This document shows positions 50,759 through 62,498 of a DNA stretch of 64,000 nucleotides, piece after piece. Position numbers and translations under genes: made by a program. Source of the DNA: Bilabrum cf. latius (lineage: Eukaryota). The stretch is taken from NCBI GenBank assembly GCA_965178125.1, contig OZ237743.1, positions 1 through 64,000 of the forward strand. Direction: 5' to 3'. Within the stretch, counting starts at the first letter, position 1; every line of letters starts with the position of its first letter. The notes beneath the pieces were generated by a model, which saw nothing but the letters and a program-made list of their open reading frames with translations, searched no databases and had not been told where the DNA came from.

Positions 50759-53700
50759 ATGGCTGACCACAGGAGCTCACCTGCAGCCTCGGTGATAACG
50801 ATGGCAACCAGGTACAACACAGAGAGCGAAGGCATGCAAAAGTCGGAAATTGATGAGTACCGCGAAGCTTTTCGCCTGTTTGATAGGGTTAGAGAAGCAC
50901 ATGTCAAGCTTTCAGTTTATTCCAAAAAATATATTCACCATATTTCGTTCGATTGGTCCACGAGGCGTGTGGTACCTCTAAAATGCCGAACGCCACTGCC
51001 CTCAATGTCAGCCGCGCAACACACTTATTCAACTCACTCGCAGGACGGAGATGGAGCCATTGATAAAGAAGAGTTCGGAAAAATGATGAAATCTCTCGGC
51101 AGGAAGCTGACAGACATGGAACTTGACGCTATCTTCGCCGCTGCCGACCAGGATGGAAATGGGTCGGTGGAATTCGGAGAGTTTCTTGCCACGATAGCAA
51201 AGGAAGACAGCAAGCAACAAGGATCAAGTCGGCCTTTGAATGTATCCGAAAAGGAGCTGGCCGAAGTGTTTGAGGTATTCGACAAGGTGAGCTCCGCTTC
51301 AAGCGGCAGCAGCACCCACGATGTCACACAGCCTCGTGACGCACAACCTCAAGGCATATTTTTCATTCTCAAGACTTGCAGGATGGCGGTGGCACAATAT
51401 CAGTGCAGGAGCTTCGAGCTGCAATCAATCTGCTCGGAGGGGACCTGCGGGACGAGCAGGTGGAGGTGCTGATGGCAGATCTGGACTTCGACCGGAGCGG
51501 GGAGGTTGATCTCGAAGAGTTTATTGCGTTCTTCTACGCTCTTGTGGATGACGAAAAGGCAAGGAGTAAGGAAGGTAGTATTATCACGGACAGCGATTCC
51601 GGCGACTCGACGGGAACAACCAGCTCTAGGTCAAGCAGCGCCGCGAGCGGCAGCGTGGAGGACGACGACCACGCCCATTTGGCTGACATTCACAGGCTGT
51701 CGCCCGGAAGTCGTTCCATGAGCAAAGTCAGTCTTCAGTCGATGATCGACGAATCATTTGACCAGGTGCTCACTCGCATGCATTCCAAGGCGAGCATGTC
51801 GGACATGCTGCACGGATCCGCTTCGTAGGACAGCTCTGGGGAGGACGAGGCGTGCAAGAGAGGCGCGCAGGCCAGGGTCCCATTTGGGGGACCTGTATAG
51901 ACTGGTACTGACGGTGCCAGCAGTAGCGAGGCAGAAGAGGAAGAAGTTGCGGTCGTACGGACAGGCAGCTGCCAGTGGGAGGAACTGGGCATGCCGCCCG
52001 GTGGTGCCTCGGGCAAGGAAGGAAAGGACGGCTAGCGTTCGCCCAGGCTCGACGACTCTGCCTTGACCCCAATATGTGGCGTGGACTCGGGTCCGAACGA
52101 GTCAGACGGGCCCGAGCCGGGGGTGAAGCTGGCACAGGGCTCTGGGACGGGTCCTCCTGCTGGCAGGGAATTGGACAGGCCGCGGAGGAGGAGGCGCAGG
52201 GACAGGCACAGGCACAGGGACAGATCAACAGGGGGCTCGCGACTATCCCGACCATCCCGGGCGCGTGGCTCCAGGGAACAGCCCCCCGTCGGCCCCATCG
52301 ACATGGCCTGGCCCGCACTCATGCTGCTTCCGCAGGCCAGGCCCGTGCCCAGGCCCCAACCAGCCGGCAGCCCCAGCCGACGTGATGACCGCTTGCCCCC
52401 CGGGTGCCTCCTCCCCCAGGACCTGCCTGCATCCCTGCGACGGACCCTCATGCCTGACTTGGAGCTCGCGGCCGATGCAGAGGCAGAGACAGGCACCGTG
52501 TACGCCGCCATTAGGATGGACATGGGGGGGCCTTTCGCGCCGCTTTAGGCACCTCGCACTGGGGTCGCACCTGCACCTGCAGCTGCACCAGCGCAACCCA
52601 CTGTACCTGAGGGTCCAACTCAGGTTGGTGCAGCCAGCCGTGCAACATTGCGCATGGGGGGTGCTGTCGTGTGCACCACCGTGGCTGTGGCTGGCTCGCC
52701 TCCTCGAGCCGCGTCCCTCGCCCTGTCCCCTACCACTGGCACCAGCAGCCTGAGGCCTTCTAGAGGCTAGGCGTGGGCCGAGCAGCGAAGCGTGACCCTT
52801 GCTACCTGTACAGGTGCAAGAGCGCGGAAAGGCCAGTCAGCCGTTACAGAGGCTCCCTCCCAGCGTGAGGTCCAGGTCAACATAAGTGACGCCGCTGCTT
52901 TGGGCCATGGCGAGTTTCTTTCTACCCAGAGTATCCCAACGGTGCTGGTCGGATCACCGGCCGTGAAAGGACCTGCGCCCAGTGCCTGTGCTAGCGTGGT
53001 GGGAGGACCACCTGGAGCTCACAACTTCGCGGCAGGCTAGGGTGGTTTCAGTTCCTCGGATGGTCCTGGTCCTGGCAGAGGTCGTGAAGAGCCAACAAAG
53101 AGCACACCGTCGATGAAGGGGCCAAGTCGCGCCCCAAGTGCGGGGAACAAACCTGCTGACCAATCATCACGGGGAGGCAGCGAAGCGGGCTCTAGCTCAG
53201 TTGCTGCCAGTGGTGTGGAGGACAGTCCGACTGAGGGCAGCTGGCGGGGAGCCGATGCAAGCACACGCACCCGGACTCGGACGGGGCAGGAGAACAGCAT
53301 AGCAGCGCAGCACATGCAGACTAGCACGAGAAGCGAATCGCTGTCGGTGCCCCGGGCTGGGCAGGGCAGCCGCCGCCCCTCCGGCGCTAGTTCCGGCATG
53401 CGCGAGACAGAGGTGACGGACCTATCCGCTGGTCGTGCCCTGGGCATCGACATGGCGGATGTGTCTGACGACAGCAGCGAGGAAATCGACCTAGAGGAGA
53501 GTCGGGAGAAGAAGCATGATACCTCGGAGGGGGGAAGCAGCTTGAAGCAGGCCGCGCATGAAGGCCGGCAGCACCTGGGAGGGCAGAGGCAGAGGCAGAG
53601 GCAGAGGCAGAGGCAGAGGCAGAGGCAGAGGAAACACAGCGACGTGCGGTGGGCGCGCTCCCACGGAGAAGTTGAACAGGGGGATCAGGCAGCTCGAGGC

Positions 53701-54573
53701 AAGGCCAGTCTGTCTGACGATGCTTCGCATTGCAACGATACTCTGCAGCGCGACGTACAGCCCATCGCGGGCCCGTCGGGAAGGGAGCTCAACAGCAGGG
53801 AGCTGCGCCACTTGCTGGGTGAGCTTACCAAGGGAGTGGTGGGAACTGGACCAGTGCTCGAGCGGGAGCCGAATTTTTGGGAAAGTAAGACCAACGGCAA
53901 GGGCAAGGGCAAGGGCCTAAACCGCGGTGGCCCCGCTGGCAGCAGCTTCCGCTCCTCCCGATCGAAGGGGTCCTTCCGGGAGATCGGGCTGTCCAAGCCG
54001 GTGAGGACCGGGCCCATGCGTGATAGGAGCAGGGAGAGGGGGAGGGCAGGGGGAGCGGCCAGGAAGGGGAGGCAGCGCAAGAGGGTGCAGCGCACTGTAG
54101 CAGACAACCGTGGGTTGCAACCGCTAGACTCTGGCCTGGCGGGCCGCCCAGCCACAGCTCTGGACAGGCTGGCGGCCGGTTTGATAGAAGTTTCCCGAGG
54201 GTCCATTCTTCCTGAAGTGGGGATGGGTCCGAAAAGTGGGGCGGGAGCAGCCGCGGTCCATCGAGCTGCCAGTCGAGAAGGGACAGCCGGAAGGGCGGGG
54301 CGTGGCCGCGGCCGCGTGCACGTGTACGAAGCGGGCCACTCCGGAGATGTGAAGAAGCAGCCGGGGGGGGCATGGGAAAGTAACACCTCTCCTGCGTCAG
54401 GCGCGCAGCCCTCGGTCGGGGCGGGCGCCAGAGGCCCGCACGCCTCCCTGCCCACTAGCACAATGTCCCAGCTGTCGCCGGGGGGCACCTCGAAGGGGGC
54501 CTCAAAGGACAGGTCGGAGATGTCCGTGGCCAGGGTGCGTAGGATGCATAGGAGGGCCGCAAGGCGGGTGTAA
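50759..54573 (+). CDS. Calmodulin-like 4-EF-hand protein with a very long disordered C-terminal tail
   Basis: EF loops FDR|DGDGAID, DQDGNGSVEFGEF, FDK|DGGGTISVQEL, DFDRSGEVDLEEF. Introns 50888-51043 and 51287-51381. The last exon is open through 6 TAG to TAA. Confidence 0.75.
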
Positions 54574-54606
54574 TCATATGCTAGTATTCAATCAGCATTT
54601 TTGCTT

Positions 54607-54643
54607 CGAACGAACGAACGAACGAACGAACGAACGAACGAAC
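54607..54643. repeat. (CGAA)n microsatellite, about 9 units
   Basis: Read directly from the intergenic sequence. Confidence 0.9.
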
Positions 54644-54704
54644 CTTGTTTTTCGTGCTGTCGCGAGTCACCTCGCCGTAACTTCCGGTTTTGCTTGGCGC
54701 GGGC

Positions 54705-55760
54705 ATGCGCAGGCTGTTTCATCGCATTTTTCCAAGCGTCGAAATGAACGTCGTGTCGACCGGAACCGAATTCTTAAACGAATGGATTTATCCTTCATCC
54801 GGCAGTTCGTGGGGAGACTCGCCGCTCTGGTGGGCTCTGTGGGGGGACTTGGCTGCCACCGTTGGTGTCTTTTTGATAAGCGTCCTCGTCAAGAACTCCA
54901 GCGTGTATGATCCGTACTGGAGCGTTGCCCCTGTCATCATTGCATTCTATTGGACATTCGAAGACCCGAATGCCAGCGTGTCGGATGGCTGGGTGCCCCA
55001 GCTGCAGGCTAGGCAGTGGCTCGTTCTCATTTTGATCAACGCGTGGGGCCACCGGCTCACTTGGAGTTGGTGGAAGCGTCTGGGGTATGATATGTCAAAG
55101 AGAATCATATCGGGCAAGCCTGCTGGTCACGAGGATTGGCGATACGTGCTGATTCGGCAGGGCCTGACTGGCACCACCGCTCATCGCGTCTCTCTGCTCA
55201 AGGAGCTCACGTACTGGATCGTGGGGTCTCTCGGAGCCATCCATATGTTTCCAACTATCATGGTATTCTTTGGCATGGTGCCTGCATACCTCGTGCTGGG
55301 CCGCCCCGCGGTTGACACTATCTCCGCAAACCTTGGCTGGCTGGACGCAGTGGCAATCGTGCTGGGAATCGAGGCGGTCTGGCTCGAGCTCGCTGCAGAC
55401 CTACAGATGGACGCTTTCCTCGCTAGTGCTAGTGCTAAAGAAGGCAAGGCTAAACAAGTGTGCCGCAGGGGGTTGTGGGCAGTGTCAAGGCACCCGAACT
55501 ACCTGGGTGAGAACCTCATGTGGCTCTCCCTGGGGCTCTTCGCCCTGGCTGCGCATGGAACGCGAGCTCTGCTGCCTGCCCTGCTCGGCTTCGTGGGCAT
55601 CATGGGGATCTTCGTGGGGTTCTCCATCCCTCAGCTGGAAGCGAGGCAGCGGGAGAGGCGCGGGGCAGCCTACGAGCAGTACCAGCGGGAGGTGGGTGTC
55701 TTCCTGCCCGCCTCGACGTCGCTGTACTGGAGGCTGCTGCCGGGGGTGGCGGTGGAGTGA
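54705..55760 (+). CDS. DUF1295 / steroid 5-alpha-reductase-like membrane protein
   Basis: Motifs NSSVYDPYWS, HEDWRY, ADLQM, GLWAVSRHPNYLGE, YEQYQREV. TGA stop. Confidence 0.9.
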   Translation: MRRLFHRIFPSVEMNVVSTGTEFLNEWIYPSSGSSWGDSPLWWALWGDLAATVGVFLISVLVKNSSVYDPYWSVAPVIIAFYWTFEDPNASVSDGWVPQLQARQWLVLILINAWGHRLTWSWWKRLGYDMSKRIISGKPAGHEDWRYVLIRQGLTGTTAHRVSLLKELTYWIVGSLGAIHMFPTIMVFFGMVPAYLVLGRPAVDTISANLGWLDAVAIVLGIEAVWLELAADLQMDAFLASASAKEGKAKQVCRRGLWAVSRHPNYLGENLMWLSLGLFALAAHGTRALLPALLGFVGIMGIFVGFSIPQLEARQRERRGAAYEQYQREVGVFLPASTSLYWRLLPGVAVE

Positions 55761-55911
55761 CCTGCTCTACTGGAGCCTGCTACCGGGGGTGGCGATGGGA
55801 CTTTACACTAGCAAGGGGCTTGCGCTCGAGCCCTAGATATCTCGTTTCATGGCCGAGCCAAAGAGGCTCTTTACTACTTGTTGCATGCAATGATGTGTCT
55901 TTCAAATACTC

Positions 55912-58900
55912 TCATTCAGGGCCATCCACGGATGCACCCTCCGCCAGAGCCAGGTCTCTGAGCCCCGCTTCCTCCGAGCTGCAGCACCACGCACTCAATG
56001 CCTTCTCCTCAGCCTCCTCCTCCCTCCTACCTGTGGTGCCCAAGTCCTCGACGACCTGCACCTTCTCAAGTCGCACGCACCAGTTGCCTCTCTCGTACCA
56101 TGACTCCCGCACAACAAGCGCCCAGCCCGCTCCATCCTCGCCCATGCGCCCACTCTCACCCGAAGCACGATCAGCGCCCCCGGCGTCCTTTCCCTCGCCT
56201 GCACCATCCGCACCCTCACCCGCCTTACCGCGCCCCAGTCGCCCAACCTGCTCGTTCACGCCGGTCACGAGATCCTCTAGTTCACCGCGCACAAACAAAT
56301 GGCAGAACCGCTGCAGCACCAGCGACCCTGCACCCCCATCCTCTTGTGCCCTGGCCTCCCGCAGGGCAGCTGCCTGCCGCGCAGCTGCCACTGGATCATC
56401 CTCTTTCCCATCGACCTTGGCCTTACTGGCACCAGACGCAGGTCTGCCCCGCCCAATAGGCGAGCGTTCGGCTGAGGCAGTTGAATCACCAGCGCCAGCA
56501 CCAGCACCAGCACCAGCACCAGCACCAGCACCAGCACCAGCACCAGCACCAGCACCAGCACCAGCGCCAGCACCAGCACCAGAACCAGCACCAGCACCAG
56601 CACCAGCACCAGTACCAGCACCAGCACCGCTGCTAAGCCCAGCATCCTCAACCCCATCCCCAGCTTGGGCCAGATTTGCGCCTTCCCTAGCTGCCTACGC
56701 AGCGAGCGCAAGGTCCGGCGGCAGCTTCCAGGGAACAAACGTGTCCTTCCCCTGCTTCGAACCGGCCTACTACCCCGCACCCGCCCCAGCCTCCGCGAAG
56801 CATCCCAGTTTCTCAAACCGCCTGTACACCGCGCTGCCCTTTGGCTGCTCCAGTGCCCACGCCTGCACCAGCGCCGTCCCGCCGACCCGCAAGATGCGGC
56901 CTATCTCGAACATGAGTCGCACGCGCCTTGCCCTCGTGCTGATGTGGTGCAGCACCGCGATGGACATGGCTGCGTCCGCCGTGCCTCCCCTCCACGGCAG
57001 CACCAGCGCGTCGGCCACCCCCACCTGTGCCCGCAGCCCCGCCTCCTCTCCAGCCTTGCCAGCCAGCTCCACAAGCCCAGCGCTCCTGTCAAATCCAGCG
57101 CACACTAGCTGCGGAAACCCTGGTTTGCCTCCCTCTGCCCCACCCGCGCGCTCCTCCTTCGCCAGCGCCTGCGCGCTCAGGATGTACCTCCCGTTGCCGC
57201 ACCCAGCGTCCACCACCAGCGACAGCGGCCGGAGCCGCCGCATGAAATCTAGCACTCGCGGCCACCCGCCCAGCGCATTCCCGCCTCTCCGCTTGCCGCT
57301 GCCCTCTCCGCCTGCCTTGCTGTTGCCCTTGCCCTACCCCCGAGCGGCTTGCGAACCCGCCCTGCCCGCCGACCTGGTCTCGGAAAAGTGCGGGGCCACG
57401 GCGTCGTAGAAGGCATGCACCCCCACCCGCTCGCTCTCGGGGGTGCGCAGCACGGCAGCTCCCGCCTCGCTGCCTGCCTCTGCACCTGCACCTGCAACTA
57501 CTCCCGCGCCGGCACCAGCCTCGTCCTGCAGCGAGGGAGAGAACAGCCGGTCCGGGGCCTTGGTGGCTCCTCCAGCCCTCCCGTCCAGCTCGTCCAGTGC
57601 TGCCGCCCATGCCACCTGCCGCAGAGTCAGGCTGATCCGCCTGCTTCGAGGCACCAGCGAGGCGCCCACCCTATCCCTCTCACGGGGCGCGATGGCGTGC
57701 GTCCACTCGTACCTGGAGGGGCCCGTCATCACCAGCAAAGAGCGGCGGGGCAGCACCACGGGGCGCTTGCCGGCGGGATCTGCGGCGGGTGGGGCCAGCT
57801 CCATGACCGTGTCTGATAGCAGGGACAGGGAACACAAGAAAGGGCCAAAGGCGCCGGGGGTATCTGTGTGCGCACTGATGCCCTGACCAGGGAGGTACTC
57901 GTTCGCTGTCGCCTAGTCGAAGTGCCAACCCCCAGAGCCAGGGCCAGCGGCACTTGAAGCAGCAGCAATGGGTGTAGGTGCACCTGCAACGGGCGATGCA
58001 TCCGCTGTGTGTGCCAGCGCTGCCTCATTGGCACCGTGCATCGCTTTCGCCCCCGCGGCAGCATCCCGAGCAAGCGCTGCCTGCCGCTCTACTTGCTCAC
58101 TGGACTGCGCCTCCCCCCACGTGGCGGCAGTGCTGGGGGTGCAGGCACTAGGGCTGGCGCTAGTAGCATGGTCCCACGTGGGTACCAGCCAGGGATCCAC
58201 GGGAGCATTGAGCTGGCCAGCACGAGGAGCTGACGTCTTGCCTCCCTCTCCCTCTTCCTCTTCCCCGCTTGCAGCAGATGCACGAAGTGCCCGCGCCGCT
58301 CCATACGCCTCGCAAGCTGCCAGTGCCCTGCATGCTGCCTCCGCCCGGCGACACACGGACTAAAGCAGAGAAGGCATGGGCCTCGTGCAGCGGTCCCCAG
58401 GCAGGAGCGCTCTCCCCGCTCGGGCCCGCACATCCCCTGCCGCGATGCCCCTGCTCACGTAGTCGAACCGAGCCCCGAAGTGGCACACCCGCCTAGACAT
58501 CGTGGAGTCCCACATGCCCCCACCATCCCCGCCATCCCCGCCCTCCCCTCCATCCATGGACCTCGCCAGCGCCTGCTCCTCCTCCTCGCTCACGAACCCT
58601 CGCAACAGGAAGAGCCCAGGCACTCCCCGAACACGCACCTCAGGACCAAGCGCGTCCCGGAGAGGGGACAGCAGAGCCGGCAGGCTCTCGCCGAAACTGG
58701 GCAGTGCAGCGGCAACTCGCTTGGCGGACAGCCGAAACACGCTGAGCCTGGACCGGGGCCGGGGGTCGCCGGCAGAAGGCACCCCATCCGATGATGCGCC
58801 GCCCGCAGCTGCAGATGCAGCTACAGAGAGGGTGCGACCAGCTGATTTGTCTCTCGAGTGAGGGACATCCCAGTGCCCCGCAAGGCTCCAATCCATTCGG

Positions 58901-59469
58901 CACAGCTCCTCCAAATCGTCGGAAGCCTCCGACCCACGACACTCCCCAGTGGCCGCAGCCGGCGGCTCCGCCCCGTGTTTCTGCAGCAATCGGGTGAAAC
59001 CTACCGCCGCCCTGAGAGTTTTGAATGTGACAAATGCCTCTCGACGCGACGCGATGGCGCGGACTCCAGCCACACAGTCGGTGTTTCTGGCATCAAGTCG
59101 CGCCAGCTTGGTGGTGAGGATGTCTGAAATCACTGCCGCGGCCTTCCCGTCCGCCACCGCAGCTTCCTCCTCTGATGCGATATTTGCAGGTGGTAGTGTG
59201 TATCCGTTGGGACTTTGGTACGCCGAACGCTTTCTGGGTTTCGTCCATCGAACACATACGTGAAACCCAATGCTGCACCGCTCTGTTCCCGTGCACCCAG
59301 TGAATCTATGAAACGGCTGACCCAAGCAAACATCTGCTGGGCCGCTCCAGGATCGGAAAAACCCAAATCTAGCCGTATCTTGGGCGTCTGGCGGTGCGCA
59401 CCCCCTTGCGTACTAAATTGGTACGTCTTTGCCGCTCTCCAATCCGGTCTTTGCATCCACATCATGCAT
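55912..59469 (-). CDS. ALKBH8: ALKBH8-like tRNA wobble-uridine modifying enzyme (2OG-Fe(II) oxygenase + Trm9 methyltransferase)
   Basis: Oxygenase motifs PGLFLLRGFVSEEEE, RRVCHFG, FD*ATANEYLPGQGISAHTDT, RYEWTHAI, RISLTLR. MTase motifs YDAVAPHFSETR, DAGCGNGRY, IAVLHH, VWALEQ-like QAWALEQ, DTFVPW, RFCHLF, GNWCV. Seven in-frame TAG; TGA stop. Confidence 0.92.
56487..56628. repeat. (CCAGCA)n hexamer repeat encoding poly(Gly-Ala) inside ALKBH8
   Basis: Read directly; about 23 imperfect units. Confidence 0.9.
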
Positions 59470-59722
59470 TGTGGCGTAATGCTCAACATAAGCTCCGCGC
59501 GACGCTGCATCACAACTCATTTAGAACACTTGTACTCTTCAGATGCGAATCTACGGTACGCGTAGGAAATTCTGCTGCGTCGTCTAGGTAAGCCTAGATT
59601 GATTCCTGTGGAAGGCTCCGGATCCCAGATAGCGCCGCGCAAAAAAATGTTCCGTATAATGCATGCACAGGATAAATCAGAAGATCCTTCCAATAAACAA
59701 ACAGCAGCACACGAATTGGAGC

Positions 59723-60580
59723 ATGTCTGGCTCAAATATCGCTCCTGTGTACGCACCATCCCGGGATGATGAACCTAGAACGGGTGTAAACTGCTGCGGG
59801 GTGCAGTATCCGTCCACAGCAATTGCATTTTTCTCGTTCAACACTCTTTGGCTGGTGTTTGGCATCGCAATGGCTGCACTGTCTGCGTGGGCCTACGAAA
59901 GGCACGATGCTATCGCGAAAGAAATTCCTGAGGCTGGGATCGGGCCGGTTCTGTCGGCTGGTATTCTCCTCATCCTCGTGAGCATCCTGGGCTTTATCGG
60001 ATAGCGATTCTTTGCATCCCCATCCGGAAGATACATTTTGGGGGCGTATGCATTTCTTCTATCAGTGGTGGTTATTCTGGAAATCGCGTCGGCGGTGCTC
60101 ATGTTCGTGGTAATCGGGCGACTGAACAATTACGATCAAGATAAGGAGATCCGTGACAAATCTATCAAGTCTTTCGTAGACAGCGCCTACACGCATTGCT
60201 GCGGCGGTGATAGGCATGTACCATCCCCGCATGATGGCTAGTGCTGGATCCCGGAATCGATCGGCATCGTGACGGCTAAAAATTGCAGCGACCCGGACGA
60301 GTTTGACCTTGCCCTCATTGACTGGATGGTCAAGCAGCTCAACCCCGTCGCCATTGTGACGCTCGTGGTCGCGATCGTGCAGCTCGTCGCAGTGGTGCTC
60401 GGCTGTGTGGCGGTGCGGCTGGGCTAGGCCAAGCAGCTGCAGAGACAAGACGACAGCTTCCGCACGCAGGGGGGCAACTCCGCGGCCTACGGGCAGGGCG
60501 TGTACGGGGTGGAGAGTGGGGGCTCGTTCATGCAGTCCATCGGGGGGGACGGACGGGCCGGGGAACAAGGGTTCTACTGA
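59723..60580 (+). CDS. Tetraspanin-family protein (285 aa)
   Basis: Four TM segments and a CCG motif (THCCGG) with further Cys in the large loop. TAG at 60002, 60239, 60425; TGA stop. Confidence 0.8.
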
Positions 60581-60616
60581 GCATCCCGGGTCCCGGAGCG
60601 GGTGTCGCCGTTGACA

Positions 60617-60730
60617 CCAATGTGGTTGCTTTGGCCGCGATGCCATCAGGCCTAGGTCTGGTTTATACACTTCAATGTGGTTGCTTTGGCCGCAATGCCA
60701 TCAGGCCTAGATCTGGTTTATATACTTCAT
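60617..60730. repeat. ~55-bp imperfect tandem duplication between convergent genes
   Basis: CAATGTGGTTGCTTTGGCCGCRATGCCATCAGGCCTAGRTCTGGTTTATAYACTT occurs twice. Confidence 0.85.
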
Positions 60731-60875
60731 TCCAGGCAGTGAAAGTAATCTGGTACATGCACGCACGGTCGGTCTCGCTAACCCAAGCAAGAAATAATCC
60801 AAAGAAAAACGACTTGCCAGCATAGGCCTAGATCTAGCTGTGCTCCCACACCCGTTGCATTGCACTGCGCTGCAC

Positions 60876-62498
60876 TTAGCCCTGGTCGTCATCCGCCTCC
60901 CCTCCCCCAGTGATGCTGACCCCAGCAGCCGAAAGAATGCTCATGGTGGTGGACACCACAAAGAGCACGCTGCCCACGCACAGCAGCACCACGGACCCGA
61001 TGGCCTCCCACGAGTCGCAGGCCCCCCTCGAGTCGAAGGGGTCGTTACCCAGCATCAGGTGCGTTGCTGCCGGCAGCACGAACGCGATGAACACGGCCGA
61101 GAAGGACCCCGTGATCTCCAGCACGTTCCCCAAGTCATCCACCGCGAGTGCAATCCCCAGACTCACCACCCAGAGCAGGGCAGTGGCCACCCAGTGCTCC
61201 CACCCGCCAATGGCCTCCTTCCTGCTCTCCTCATGCCGGTCATCTATCTCCCCCCGCGCAACCAGATCGAACACAGGGGCCCCCTCGCTCTTCCACCTCG
61301 AGTCCGCCAGCACGTCCCCGATGACCGAGTGCAGGATGGATCGGCACACCATCAGCTCGGAGGGGTACGTCATGGTCATGTTGAGCACGAGGCCCAGCCG
61401 GGCCCCCACGATGACCATGTCCGTGCCCCCCACATCTGGGTCCTGGTCGTCGTCCTGCAGTCCGTGTCCCGCCAGCTTGTCGAAGGACAAGAAGATGTCC
61501 GCCTCGGTCTCCTCCTTGAAGGCAAGGTACCCGCAGGCCGCCATGGCTAGAGACACCACGGCAGAGATCCCCACCGAGGCGCGGGACACGGCCGAGAACG
61601 TGTCGATGCTCCTGTCCTGCTCCCGCAGCGAATCGTACACGAGGAAGACCTGGTGGTGGCACACGAACGCGAATGCGATGGTTCCGATGGCAGAGGCGAA
61701 GCCCTCGTGCGGGAGCAGTAGCACCCACGTCTGCGTGTGCTGGCTGTCCACGCGAGAAGCGGCCCTGCCTGGCCCGCGGGCCACCACCGCCACGACCATG
61801 AGCATCACGGCCGCAAGCGAGGCCATGCTGAACCTCTCGAGAGAAGAGAAGCTCCGCATGCAGCAGATGGGCAGGATCACCAGGCCGGCTGACAGGGTCA
61901 GCAGCAGTCGCGGATCCAGGGCGGCACCAGCGCGGTCCGTCGCAGCGTCTCCCGCGAACGCGGTCAGCACGGGTGCGAGCGTGTCTTTCACGATGACGAG
62001 GTATCCGATCATGGCCCCGAACGCGAATAGGAACTGGAACACCACCACGAGCCAGAACCCGGGGGCACCGAAGGCCCGCTGCACCAGCTGCTCGTAGGTC
62101 GAGCAGCCGTGCGCCACGCCCAGTCGCATGAGCAACCTCACCGTGTGGTCTGTCAGGAACGCAACGATGAGCACCAGCAAAATACCCGGTAAGAACCCGG
62201 CCTGGTTCAGAGCGTACGGCAGCCCGATGATCCCTGCTCCCAAAATCGAATTGATGAAGTTTGCGGAGGCTCCGATCGGGCTCGAGCCTTCTCCTTCACT
62301 TTCTCCGGATCCATCCCCGACAATGCCCCAAGCAGCCAGCAGGCTGTCCTGTGGTGGTTGCACCTTCGATTCCTGCTTCTCGTCTCCGGGGCGGCCTGGT
62401 TGGCCCGACCCGTACGACCCCGTCGTTTGTGACGGAGCAGCACTACCATCTCTCGAGTTGCTGCCAAGCAAGCTCTTGTCTGGCCTATCGTCAGCCAT
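60876..62498 (-). CDS. AAAP-family amino acid transporter (SLC38A11-like)
   Basis: Motifs NFINSILGAGIIGLPYAL, FAFVCHH, TMTYP, GSFSAVFIAFVLPA. Intact ORF; TAA stop. Confidence 0.93.
   Translation of the reverse strand: MADDRPDKSLLGSNSRDGSAAPSQTTGSYGSGQPGRPGDEKQESKVQPPQDSLLAAWGIVGDGSGESEGEGSSPIGASANFINSILGAGIIGLPYALNQAGFLPGILLVLIVAFLTDHTVRLLMRLGVAHGCSTYEQLVQRAFGAPGFWLVVVFQFLFAFGAMIGYLVIVKDTLAPVLTAFAGDAATDRAGAALDPRLLLTLSAGLVILPICCMRSFSSLERFSMASLAAVMLMVVAVVARGPGRAASRVDSQHTQTWVLLLPHEGFASAIGTIAFAFVCHHQVFLVYDSLREQDRSIDTFSAVSRASVGISAVVSLAMAACGYLAFKEETEADIFLSFDKLAGHGLQDDDQDPDVGGTDMVIVGARLGLVLNMTMTYPSELMVCRSILHSVIGDVLADSRWKSEGAPVFDLVARGEIDDRHEESRKEAIGGWEHWVATALLWVVSLGIALAVDDLGNVLEITGSFSAVFIAFVLPAATHLMLGNDPFDSRGACDSWEAIGSVVLLCVGSVLFVVSTTMSILSAAGVSITGGGEADDDQG

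Noticed and set aside
55912-59469. ALKBH8 as a dedicated component of the recoding machinery
   Set aside because: It is a widespread eukaryotic gene. A CUA anticodon has no wobble U to modify, and eukaryotic gene neighbourhood carries little functional meaning.
17893-60580. TAG-interrupted genes interpreted as pseudogenes or sequencing errors
   Set aside because: Interruptions are exclusively TAG, never TAA/TGA or frameshifts, and they occur in many essential genes with intact motifs.
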